A stretch of DNA of 64,000 nt from Candidatus Omnitrophota bacterium (GTDB taxonomy: Bacteria > Omnitrophota > Gorgyraeia > Zapsychrales > Zapsychraceae): the NCBI GenBank assembly GCA_021108075.1, contig JAIORP010000090.1, positions 15,828 through 79,827 on the forward strand, written 5' to 3'. The notes under the pieces are model-generated. The model saw nothing but the letters and a program-made list of their open reading frames with translations. It did no database searches and was not told the DNA's origin. A program made the translations under genes and the position numbers. Below, in pieces: positions 28,276 to 37,147 of the stretch. The number at the start of each line of letters is the position of its first letter. The first letter of the stretch is position 1.

Positions 28276-28729
28276 AACCTTAACTTTAATAAATGATATT
28301 GTGACGCGCATCCTCTTTGAAAAATGAGACTTTTGACTCTGTTCAAGTCTGTTTTTTATGCAGCAGTCCATTTATGTTTTTCTCAAATAGAGAAAAAATC
28401 TAATATGGGGATCACTGCGCATGGGGATTTTTTGAAAAATGTTGTCTCATTTCGCGAAAATTTGGTTGAATGAACCGTGGACCGAAATTCTGCCTTCAAG
28501 GGGAAGCAACCTTAACATTAGCAAATGATATTGTGACGCGCATCCTCTTTGAAAAATGAGACTTTTGACTCTGTTCAAGTCTGTTTTTTATGCAGCAGTC
28601 CATTTATGTTTTTCTCAAATAGAGAAAAAATCTAATATGGGGATCACTGCGCATGGGGATTTTTTGAAAAATGTTGCCTCATTTCGCGAAAATTTGGTTG
28701 AATGAACCGTGGACCGAAATTCTGCCTTC
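28276..28729. repeat. Two tandem copies of a ~232-bp intergenic unit, more than 98% identical, each containing a terminator-like hairpin (AGACTT..AAGTCT followed by GTTTTTT).
   Basis: The sequence taac(t/a)tta(at/gc)aaatgatattgtgacgcgcatcctctttgaaaaatgagacttttgactctgttcaagtctgttttttatgcagcagtcc...gaaccgtggaccgaaattctgccttc occurs at 28281 and again at 28513. Confidence 0.85.
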
Positions 28730-29161
28730 CGTTTAATCCGCCTTATTACCGCCGGTGGAAGGCTCAAATACATCTCTGGGACAAAAAGATGTCAAAAAAT
28801 TGTTGAATATTAATACTTGCTGCACGCTTGTTTTTGATGTGCAGACCGTAATTGTAGGCGATCATGAGAAAGGGCCCAAGAATAATCAGGGTGGATCTAT
28901 TAATGGCACAATAATGCGGAAACATCTCGTTGGTGGATGTGGGTAAAGAGGGTTTATAACTAGCCTAATCCTTCATATTGTTTCCTCGCTCGATAATGTC
29001 TCCTTTCTCAAGTGTAAACAACCGTAGAATAAAATTTAAAGAATATATATCATGGATGTCAAATTTATTTTTTGTAATTTTGCCCCCAAGGGCCCATTGA
29101 TTATCTTTGGTATCTTTTTAATGATTCCCTACAGTAATCTCTGGTAGAAAAAGGCTTTTTT

Positions 29162-29269
29162 ATACCAAATCCATTAATAAATTGTTCTATTTTAATTCTG
29201 ATATTCTCGCTAAATCGTCGAGAAAAGCAGAATTGGTTTTAGGCATTATTTCCTGGAATTGGTATTATT
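29162..29269. repeat. Copy 1 of a 108-bp dispersed element with terminal inverted ends (ATACCAAAT...AATTGGTAT) and a nested internal hairpin (ATTCTG-ATAT-TCTCG-CTAAATCGT-CGAGA-AAAG-CAGAAT).
   Basis: About 90% identical to 53867-53974. Read directly from the sequence. Confidence 0.8.
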
Positions 29270-29469
29270 TGTAAGAAGGATTCGCATCAATACTGCCGCG
29301 ACCTACGATAGGAAAAAAAGACTGGATAATATGGCCTACTCAGACCACATACCAGGGTTGAATGAGGGAATGGGTGTGGAAAACTGGAGTAACACCCTGT
29401 CTCCCTTGTCACGCAAAGCAGCGGGCACATCGAGCGAACATTACAAAATGCAAGGGGGCTCGCTGTGGC

Positions 29470-30366
29470 TTAACCGCCGGCCAAACCTGCGAATGGATTA
29501 TTCTGAGTAAAGTCCAGCAAAATCGGACCAGCAACGAGAATACCAACAACTGGAAAAATAAATATCAAAAGTGGAACAAGCATTTTTATCGGAGCTTTAA
29601 GAGCTAGCTGTTCACCGCGTCGATAACGAGCGAGACGCATATCCTCTGAAAGAATGTTTAAAGCGTCAATAACAGAGGTTCCCATTTTGTCGGCTTGAAT
29701 AAGCGTTCGGGCAAATGTGGATAAATCCGGCAAATCATATCGCAAGGCCAAGTCTTTAATAGCATCACGACGTGTCTTACCCACACTAATTTCCTGCAAA
29801 ACAACGTTCAACTCTTGGATCATGATTGACGGTGGTGACTTCTCAACAACCCATTTGAGGGCCAACATAAAGTCCAGACCAGCATTAACACAAAGGGCCA
29901 ATAAGTCAATCGCGTCCGGCAAATCCTTGACAATACTTTCCTTGGCTTTTTTAATCTTTCCTTTTAAAAGGAATTCCGGAACCATGTATCCGGCAACCAG
30001 CCCGATACACAACCACATAAAGATAAAATCAGCGGATACAGATGGAAAAGTCACCAATAAAACGACGAAACCCAACAGCTCTTTGACCAAAAAGAATTCT
30101 TCCGGAGTTAAATTAACGTGGGCAATAGCCAAATCTCTTGAAACCCGACGTCTAACAGCCCCTGAACAAAACGGTTTATTGATTTTTGATAAAGTTCTGA
30201 ACAGTAAAAAAATACTGTCTCTTTTCCTCTTTTTTGTGTCTGGTTCTGTTAATCCTAAATGTAATGTCGGCCGTGACTCCCAGTCAACAGGCATGATTCC
30301 AAGGATTAAACTAAACGCGCATAAATAAACCATGATCAAAATTAACTCTAACATAATAACTCCCAA
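29470..30366 (-). CDS. tadC: TadC-like type II secretion system F-domain inner-membrane protein.
   Basis: 298 aa with multiple TM helices. The T2SSF-domain region ...LKWVVEKSPPSIMIQELNVVLQEISVGKTRRDAIKDLALRYDLPDLSTFARTLIQADKMGTSVIDALNILSEDMR... is present. It lies adjacent to a TadB-like gene. Confidence 0.75.
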   Translation of the reverse strand: MGVIMLELILIMVYLCAFSLILGIMPVDWESRPTLHLGLTEPDTKKRKRDSIFLLFRTLSKINKPFCSGAVRRRVSRDLAIAHVNLTPEEFFLVKELLGFVVLLVTFPSVSADFIFMWLCIGLVAGYMVPEFLLKGKIKKAKESIVKDLPDAIDLLALCVNAGLDFMLALKWVVEKSPPSIMIQELNVVLQEISVGKTRRDAIKDLALRYDLPDLSTFARTLIQADKMGTSVIDALNILSEDMRLARYRRGEQLALKAPIKMLVPLLIFIFPVVGILVAGPILLDFTQNNPFAGLAGG

Positions 30367-30387
30367 ATTTCTTTATTTCGCTAAAAC

Positions 30388-31245
30388 CTAAAAATCCTTG
30401 AATGAACTGATCTTGATGATAAGAAACGCACCAATTATTTCAGAAATCACCGCATAAATTAACATGGAACGCCCTAAATCCGTTGTGAACATATGCTCAA
30501 AAATACGTTTATTTGATGAATAGACAATAAAAGCAAAACCAAGCGGCAACAAGGTCATGACAACGCCCTGTAATTTACCCTGAATCGTTAATGTGGATAA
30601 ATTTTGCTGAATTTTCTTACTCTCTCGAATATTAGTAACGATACGGGAAAAAATCAATGGAAGGTTTCCCCCGGTTTCCCGCGCAAGCAAAATAGCCGTG
30701 ATCATCTGCTGTAAAGCAGCTGACGGCATGCGATTGTACAAGTGGTACAATGCGTCTTCTAATGTTACCCCCATCTTATTTTCCCCCAATACAGAACTGA
30801 ACTCTGTATTAATCGGGTTGGGCATCTCCTCAACCACAGCCTCAAAGGCCTGAATAAGGCTCAATCCACCCCGAAAAGAACTGGACATAATCATTAAAGC
30901 ATCAATTAACTGATCTTTAAACTTCTCCTTAATTTGTCTGGTCATAATCTGAATGTAAACTTTTGGAAATAAGTAACCGCCAGTTGCGCCAATAATCAAA
31001 CCAAAAACACGTAATCCTTCCGGAAAAAGGAAATAAAGGGCCGCACCGAACAAAAATGGAGCAAAAACGAAAAATCGGCTCATTTTCTTGGCCTGATTGG
31101 TCGGTAACAGTTGTTGAAAATTCGCGGAAAGATTTTTCTGGCGCTTTTCACTAATAACAGTCGCTTTTTCGTAGACCATCGGGATAACCAGATAAGCAAT
31201 AAAAAAAATCGTGGTGAACATCAAGAATAAAATAATAAATAACAT
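30388..31245 (-). CDS. tadB: TadB-like type II secretion system F-domain inner-membrane protein.
   Basis: 285 aa. Contains ...MSSSFRGGLSLIQAFEAVVEEMPNPINTEFSSVLGENKMGVTLEDALYHLYNRMPSAALQQMITAILLARETGGNLPLIFSRIV..., typical of the T2SSF/TadB family. Confidence 0.75.
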   Translation of the reverse strand: MLFIILFLMFTTIFFIAYLVIPMVYEKATVISEKRQKNLSANFQQLLPTNQAKKMSRFFVFAPFLFGAALYFLFPEGLRVFGLIIGATGGYLFPKVYIQIMTRQIKEKFKDQLIDALMIMSSSFRGGLSLIQAFEAVVEEMPNPINTEFSSVLGENKMGVTLEDALYHLYNRMPSAALQQMITAILLARETGGNLPLIFSRIVTNIRESKKIQQNLSTLTIQGKLQGVVMTLLPLGFAFIVYSSNKRIFEHMFTTDLGRSMLIYAVISEIIGAFLIIKISSFKDF

Positions 31246-31357
31246 ATCTATTTTTCCATATTAATACACTATTTTAGAGTTAGTTTAAACCTAATATTGA
31301 TAAGGATAACATGAAAAAGTCGATCAAACAAGTGATCCGGACCAAATAATTCACAGA

Positions 31358-31696
31358 TTAACTTTGACATGTCGGCGTGGCACAAAGGGCAATAATGTCC
31401 TGACAGGTTGTGGGGTCGGGGTATCCATCCGTGCGGCAATATCCTCCGTTGGCCTTGAAACATCGGTAATCATACCAACAATATGTCCAATCCTGATCAT
31501 ACACGCATTCAATGGTCTCATCTGCATCATACAGGCGTCCAAAAGCCCAAGCGGAACCGGCCTTCTTCCAACTCCCATCCATGGCCCGCACAATATATTT
31601 TTGGAAAATCAAAAAAGCCCCTAGAAGCAAAAACATCATGGCCAAGAATTCCAAAGTCGATTGCCCTTTTCGATTTCTTTTCAACATAACCCTCAC
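31358..31696 (-). CDS. Small Flp/type IV pilin-like protein with a cysteine-rich C-terminal domain (8 Cys).
   Basis: N-terminal class III signal motif RKG|QSTLEF followed by a hydrophobic stretch. The C-terminal half is ...CVYDQDWTYCWYDYRCFKANGGYCRTDGYPDPTTCQDIIALCATPTCQS. Confidence 0.65.
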   Translation of the reverse strand: MRVMLKRNRKGQSTLEFLAMMFLLLGAFLIFQKYIVRAMDGSWKKAGSAWAFGRLYDADETIECVYDQDWTYCWYDYRCFKANGGYCRTDGYPDPTTCQDIIALCATPTCQS

Positions 31697-31767
31697 GTTC
31701 TCAATCGTTTCCTTCCATAATTCAAAAGTGAATCTCCTCGCAGCAGAGCTCAGAGGAATTCACTCCA

Positions 31768-34700
31768 TTAAAAACTTAAACATTGAATAAATTTCATTCC
31801 CATGCCCTTGTTCATACCGTAATGATAATAGTATTCCATGCAAGCCTCTGTCTCAACGCCTTTTGCCAGGAATTTTGTCGCATAATCCCAACAAAGAGTG
31901 TTATCTAATGTTGGGTCAGAAGGATCATCACCAATTCGTATATAACGCCACAACATAAAGGCGTCACCATACAAGAAACCCGGACCTGCGTATGAGTTTG
32001 GATTGTTTGGTTGCGCGACATCTTGACAGGAGTTCTCCATCATATTAAAATCATTCGGATCAATGACAGGAAGTTGCCGGGTATTGATGATTCTAAAATT
32101 CCAAATTTTGGTTTCACCATCCGCGAAATAAATATCCCGGCTTTGCCGGCCCTGATCGTAACGAGAAACTCTCATTTTAATAACACCCCGTTCATCCACT
32201 AACTCATAACAACGGGTCATACCCCAGTCCTTACCATATGTACGCACACGTGGGAAAGCCCGATAAGAGCGCTGGTTTGAAGCACATGCAGCATCGCATC
32301 GCCCCGGAGTCCGCGCATCTACACGGACGATATGCCACAGGCCTTGAGATGTTGGATCTGTCGGATCAGGGGGATCTCCTTGCCAACCATAAATAACGTG
32401 ATAGGGCAAGGCCCTCTCGTCACCCGTCGCAAGATCAATGTAATATTTAATAAAATCCTGAGCCACATCATTAAGATATTCAGAAAATTCCTGGTAAGCG
32501 CGGGCTAAAATGTTGTACATATTGGTGAGCTCCGTCAGACGGTCGTTTAAAAAGCCAACCCGTTTACGCATTTTATTGATTTGATTGACAGACTGTTCTG
32601 ACGCTTCTCTGGTCAGATCAATAAACCCTTTAGCTTTAGGAATATTCTGCCCTAAATAACAATTGTCACAATTCCCGTCAATTCCGTCAAATGGAGGTGG
32701 CGGACATGGATAGGTCGCACTACAAAAACCATTCTGCCGTGTTTCCGCACAAGATCCTTGAGCAAGGATCATTCCCCGCTCTATCGCCCGCATGAAGACA
32801 GGATCCAAACAAGTACCGCCATCCAAAATATGATCGCCGGTCCAGTCACAATCATAACGTTGTGTATAAGCACAACTTGCGCCCATACACGTGGCCGTAT
32901 TCGTACAACTGTTCAAATCAATACAATCCCCCGGGTCACAAGCCGCAAGGCAGGCACAACCCAGACAATTCTGAACGGTACAACAGGGCAATGGTGTTGT
33001 TGTTGCACAAGACGGATGAGCAGGACATGCCGGACAGGCGGCCTCACAACACCCCGAACAGTCAGCCGTGCAACAGGCTAGGGGTATTGTCGTCGCACAA
33101 GACGGATGAGCAGGACATGCCGGACAGGCGGCGTCACAAGTTGTTGAACACGTGCTACAAGGAATACACGCTGGACACATAGGAACCACACAACTGGTTG
33201 GACAGGACGTATTACATCCATACGTGTTGAAGGTTGTCGGTGTTCCCGCGCACCACGTATCATCAATGACCGAACAGGTCCGATTAGCAACAATCGGATC
33301 CAAACAATCTATTCCCGGGCAATCCACCAGAGAATCAACATCTGCCGGAGAATTCTGCGTACAAACTAAATTTTGCGGACAAGTATCATATACCGTTCCA
33401 CTGCTTCCAACAGACCATGTGGGATAGACAAACGGACCCGCAAATTCCCCAAAAACAACGCCATATTTCGCATCGCCAAGATAAGTGGCATAAACAACAT
33501 CACAAAAATATGGTGCCATGGTGCAATCTTCCTGGAGCGGATTATTCGTGACATTCCCCAGCCAACATTCATTACAATCAACCCCTCCATTCGTCACCGG
33601 TGTTCCTGTATTTAAAATACCTGTGTAGCAATCATTAAAATCATTGTATACCGCCATATCCATCGGAATAAACGGCCAGTCATCATCAAAATAAGGAATA
33701 ATAGAACGCGGCAAATCCGAGCAAAGCCCTTGATAATTCCAGCAATCTGTCGCACAAAGCTCAAACTTTAAGGAATTTCCTACAACAGCCACCCCGGGGT
33801 GATGCGGTGTCCAGCCCCCATTGGTCGAGGCCGCATCCGGAGGGATCGTTGCCCCTCCGACTATATCATTCGCATTCCAATCCAAACACGCAACAAGATC
33901 CTCAAAATCTCCACGAACGCCGTTTCCATTGGAATCAAATGTCGCAATTTCCACCGCCGGAGAGTCCACTGGATCAGCAGCAGGAACACACCAAGCATCG
34001 GCAACCGGCTCTACGTGAGTAGCCCCGTAAATTTGGTGTTCAATGCGCAAGGCAACTTCCTCAATCTCCTTCATAAAAAGGACGAGCGCTCCATCATAAA
34101 TTTCACAAATCCAACAACAAGGGGGAGTCCCACTCGCAGCCGCACCAACAGTGTGATCGACACGAGGATTCCCGCAAACAGATGAATCACCCGACGCACC
34201 GCTATTGGTTCCATATTCAATCCAAACAGCGATATCCTGGTACCATTGATCAATATCTTTTGTGATAATGGCCGGTGTAGATTCAAAAGCAACTAATCCT
34301 TCGGCAATCTCTAAGAAACTGGGTAATCCATAGACCATGTCATCTAAGACATCATCCGGATAATCTTCCGGCACCCCGCGTACAGCATCAATCGACACAT
34401 ACGGCGGCGCGCTAACCCCGCACTCGCAATTTTCATACGCTGTTGGGCTTGTCGGCACCGTTTCATCTTCCAAACTTAAACAGGCGATCAAACGGTCGAA
34501 ATCAAAACCGCTCCCAGGCGTTGTTCCGGTAACAGCCGTATCCTCACCACCATGACGGGCACAACCAGTCTGATATGACCAGTGTTGGGAGCAAAATCTT
34601 TTTGCCCCTTTTTTCCAAAAACCTCTGGGCTGGTTCGTGACATCGAGTTCCGGCGGCAATGCAATCGGACCACCGGCCCCCGGGTAATTAGCATAATAAA

Positions 34701-36735
34701 CCACATAAGCATCATCTGGAATAAATCTCTGGGCACAAATGGCCTCAACAGCGAGAATATCTTGTTCCAATTCAAACCCATCGAGAGGTAGGGGATTGTT
34801 CAATGGCTCAAGATTCGGATCCGTCCGAGGATCGGTGTAAAGTGGATTAATGGCTGGCCCAAGCCCCCAAGGGTCTTGATTGGGAGGCGCAGCAGGTACT
34901 GTTGCCCCGCCAAAAGGAACAACCGATGTTGATCCAACCGTTCCGGCTGGTGGAAATACCGTTGTATGCAGCCCATCAACCTGACAACTGCGGTCATAAA
35001 CCAAACGAGCCGGATCGATAGCAACATAAAAATGCACGCCAGAAAGAGTGGGCGTCGGGATAAAGTCATATTCTAATTCTTCCGGCAATGTTGTCACCAG
35101 TGGATCACAATTAGGCGGCATAACATTCGGACAATTTCCTGTTGACCAATCAAACCAATGACAGTGTTCAGGGCGATACGTATGATCCGAATTTAAATCA
35201 TTGTTATTGACCCCCGTAGGATTCAGTGACAAATATGTTGTTTCCGTACCAACAACCACATCTTCCTGCAATAAATTCATCCCCCAATCCTGCAATTTGT
35301 AAAGAGTTGGGAAAACACCGCCACGCAGCTCACTGTTGCTGTAACTCAAAAAACGGTCGGGATTCTCAATGTAATTGGTTGCATCTTTGATGTTCCACGT
35401 CGGATCCGGTGGAATCGTCCCCGTGGGGATAAACGGTGTCAAAATTTGCGGATGAAACTGGCTGTCATCCGCATCAATAGAGACCAAATCACGGTTGACC
35501 TCTGTATTCACACCATAAAGAGAAATGATCTCATCATCTCGGCCAAGTTGCTCAAGGAAAGATAGAAAATAGTCTGCACTGGCAGGATCATTGTTGCGAT
35601 GGTTTTCAAAGTATCGATCATAGACCCATGGATAGAGCGTGTGTGAAATAGGCGTTGTGCTTGCCAGCTCGCAGGTTCCCCAAGCGCCACAATCTCCAGG
35701 AGCAGCACCAAATTGAGTACAACACTCATCCCGAATGGCCAGCACGTTATTTTCATCAGAAGGATCTGTCACAACTGCTGGCAAACAACAGGGATTACAC
35801 TCCGACCAACGCCCTGCAGCAGCCTCTGGTAAACAAGGGTGATTCGTATCCATCGCTCTTAATTGCGCATACGGATCAGGCTCATAGGATATGCGGACAG
35901 GATCATACAGCCCCCAATCGTCACCATCCTTATAAATAAACTCTTTTGTGGCGACAATAAAAATACCCACCGGTCCGGGGTCTGCTTCTCTGATATCGCG
36001 CAATCGCCAATCATAATATGCTGAAAACCGGCTGATTTCATCATTGGGAACAGCTCCGGTAAAGCCAAACAGGCGATCCCCATCCAGGTCCTTTATATCC
36101 GGAACCTTACCCTGATCTGTCACCGATGCAAATAAGGCTTTTTGCATACCCATCTCAAGGAAAGAATCCGTCATGCTCATTGTTTCCGTAATAATAGCAT
36201 TCCACATCTCTGTAAGAGACGGCTCAATAACTGTGGCCTGAATCACAACGGACGCAACAGCCAAAACAACCCCAATAACGGCAACAATAGCAGCGGCTGC
36301 CGCATAGGACGAGGTGCCATATGTACAAATGGTTAAAACCAGAGCGATAACCGCAATGACCAAAGACAAAACAGTTTTAAATAATCCAGAAGAATCACAC
36401 TTCTTTTTGCTCCCGCCCAATGTTTCTTCAACCAGCACTTGCCCATAACTGGCCATTTGTGATCCCAGTCGCGCCGCGCCTGATGTGGCCGCGACCTGAG
36501 AAACAAGCTTCCCTTTATTTAGTCGCCCCAAATTTTGAGAGGCGGCATAAAAAACAAGCGCGATGGCAATCACAAACATTAACACAATCGCAACTTGCCC
36601 TTTGTTAGAGAAACCTCGACCTCTGGGACTTATTGCCTTTTTTTCTAGAAAAGCGCTTGCTCGTTCTTTTTTTTGTGTTTCAGAAAAAAGAATAGAAGAA
36701 AATTTTTTCAACAATTTATTAACAGATTGAAACAA
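31768..36735 (-). CDS. 1,655-aa extremely cysteine-rich, Asp/Pro/Gly-rich protein with a pilin-like N-terminal segment (NKG|QVAIVLMFVIAIAL), a second TM segment and tandem CPACPAHPSCATT repeats. Candidate pilus-associated adhesin or tip protein.
   Basis: Single ORF in the track. The composition is dominated by C, D, P, G, T and N with many CxxC/CC motifs. It sits between the TadE/TadG-like pseudopilin genes and tadB. No recognisable enzyme motif was seen. Confidence 0.7.
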   Translation of the reverse strand: MFQSVNKLLKKFSSILFSETQKKERASAFLEKKAISPRGRGFSNKGQVAIVLMFVIAIALVFYAASQNLGRLNKGKLVSQVAATSGAARLGSQMASYGQVLVEETLGGSKKKCDSSGLFKTVLSLVIAVIALVLTICTYGTSSYAAAAAIVAVIGVVLAVASVVIQATVIEPSLTEMWNAIITETMSMTDSFLEMGMQKALFASVTDQGKVPDIKDLDGDRLFGFTGAVPNDEISRFSAYYDWRLRDIREADPGPVGIFIVATKEFIYKDGDDWGLYDPVRISYEPDPYAQLRAMDTNHPCLPEAAAGRWSECNPCCLPAVVTDPSDENNVLAIRDECCTQFGAAPGDCGAWGTCELASTTPISHTLYPWVYDRYFENHRNNDPASADYFLSFLEQLGRDDEIISLYGVNTEVNRDLVSIDADDSQFHPQILTPFIPTGTIPPDPTWNIKDATNYIENPDRFLSYSNSELRGGVFPTLYKLQDWGMNLLQEDVVVGTETTYLSLNPTGVNNNDLNSDHTYRPEHCHWFDWSTGNCPNVMPPNCDPLVTTLPEELEYDFIPTPTLSGVHFYVAIDPARLVYDRSCQVDGLHTTVFPPAGTVGSTSVVPFGGATVPAAPPNQDPWGLGPAINPLYTDPRTDPNLEPLNNPLPLDGFELEQDILAVEAICAQRFIPDDAYVVYYANYPGAGGPIALPPELDVTNQPRGFWKKGAKRFCSQHWSYQTGCARHGGEDTAVTGTTPGSGFDFDRLIACLSLEDETVPTSPTAYENCECGVSAPPYVSIDAVRGVPEDYPDDVLDDMVYGLPSFLEIAEGLVAFESTPAIITKDIDQWYQDIAVWIEYGTNSGASGDSSVCGNPRVDHTVGAAASGTPPCCWICEIYDGALVLFMKEIEEVALRIEHQIYGATHVEPVADAWCVPAADPVDSPAVEIATFDSNGNGVRGDFEDLVACLDWNANDIVGGATIPPDAASTNGGWTPHHPGVAVVGNSLKFELCATDCWNYQGLCSDLPRSIIPYFDDDWPFIPMDMAVYNDFNDCYTGILNTGTPVTNGGVDCNECWLGNVTNNPLQEDCTMAPYFCDVVYATYLGDAKYGVVFGEFAGPFVYPTWSVGSSGTVYDTCPQNLVCTQNSPADVDSLVDCPGIDCLDPIVANRTCSVIDDTWCAGTPTTFNTYGCNTSCPTSCVVPMCPACIPCSTCSTTCDAACPACPAHPSCATTIPLACCTADCSGCCEAACPACPAHPSCATTTPLPCCTVQNCLGCACLAACDPGDCIDLNSCTNTATCMGASCAYTQRYDCDWTGDHILDGGTCLDPVFMRAIERGMILAQGSCAETRQNGFCSATYPCPPPPFDGIDGNCDNCYLGQNIPKAKGFIDLTREASEQSVNQINKMRKRVGFLNDRLTELTNMYNILARAYQEFSEYLNDVAQDFIKYYIDLATGDERALPYHVIYGWQGDPPDPTDPTSQGLWHIVRVDARTPGRCDAACASNQRSYRAFPRVRTYGKDWGMTRCYELVDERGVIKMRVSRYDQGRQSRDIYFADGETKIWNFRIINTRQLPVIDPNDFNMMENSCQDVAQPNNPNSYAGPGFLYGDAFMLWRYIRIGDDPSDPTLDNTLCWDYATKFLAKGVETEACMEYYYHYGMNKGMGMKFIQCLSF
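33005..33132. repeat. Direct 90-bp (30-aa) tandem duplication inside the Cys-rich gene, encoding CPACPAHPSCATT(I/T)PL(A/P)CCT....
   Basis: gcacaagacggatgagcaggacatgccggacaggcggc is present at 33005 and again at 33095. Confidence 0.8.
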
Positions 36736-36758
36736 GCTTACCTCCTAAAAAAACTTCA

Positions 36759-37118
36759 TTAATAGTGTGGCGCCGTATCATCCCAGACGGCATTCATCTC
36801 TGTTGAATGGTAGAAAGAGGGATCTATTTGCCCCAGCGGGCCTCGATAATAGCTGGCAGGATCATAACCCGACAGGCACATCCCAAAAGTAAGATTCCCC
36901 AGGCATAATCCGTAATCCTCAACAACGCTTTGAACGAGCAGCCGATCATGGGCCAATCGGCGTTGAGCCAAATCAATCCCCGTCCAACGCAAGATCATTA
37001 TAATTGAATAAAACATGATAAATAATATAATCATACAAAAAGTAAATTCAATAAGAACCTGAGCAAATTTTTGATGAGTCCTTTTTTTTAGATTTCTTTT
37101 TTGCAAAACTGAAAACAC
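36759..37118 (-). CDS. TadE-like minor pilin/pseudopilin.
   Basis: N-terminus KFA|QVLIEF followed by a hydrophobic helix (TFCMIILFIMFYSIIMIL). Size is 119 aa, and it lies within the Tad locus. Confidence 0.55.
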   Translation of the reverse strand: MFSVLQKRNLKKRTHQKFAQVLIEFTFCMIILFIMFYSIIMILRWTGIDLAQRRLAHDRLLVQSVVEDYGLCLGNLTFGMCLSGYDPASYYRGPLGQIDPSFYHSTEMNAVWDDTAPHY

Positions 37119-37147
37119 GTTAATACACCTTCAGTTGAATAAAACTA

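Noticed and set aside
28276-28729. CRISPR array.
   Set aside because: Only two copies of a 232-bp unit with no short repeat/spacer alternation. This is a simple tandem duplication.
29259-29607. Two overlapping plus-strand ORFs (83 and 81 aa) next to the 108-bp repeat.
   Set aside because: They overlap the 3' end of tadC on the opposite strand. They have no pilin or other motif and show atypical composition.
31269-31790. Multiple overlapping ORFs in all frames around the small Cys-rich pilin.
   Set aside because: Only 31358..31696 (minus) carries the prepilin leader and hydrophobic helix. The others are shadow ORFs.
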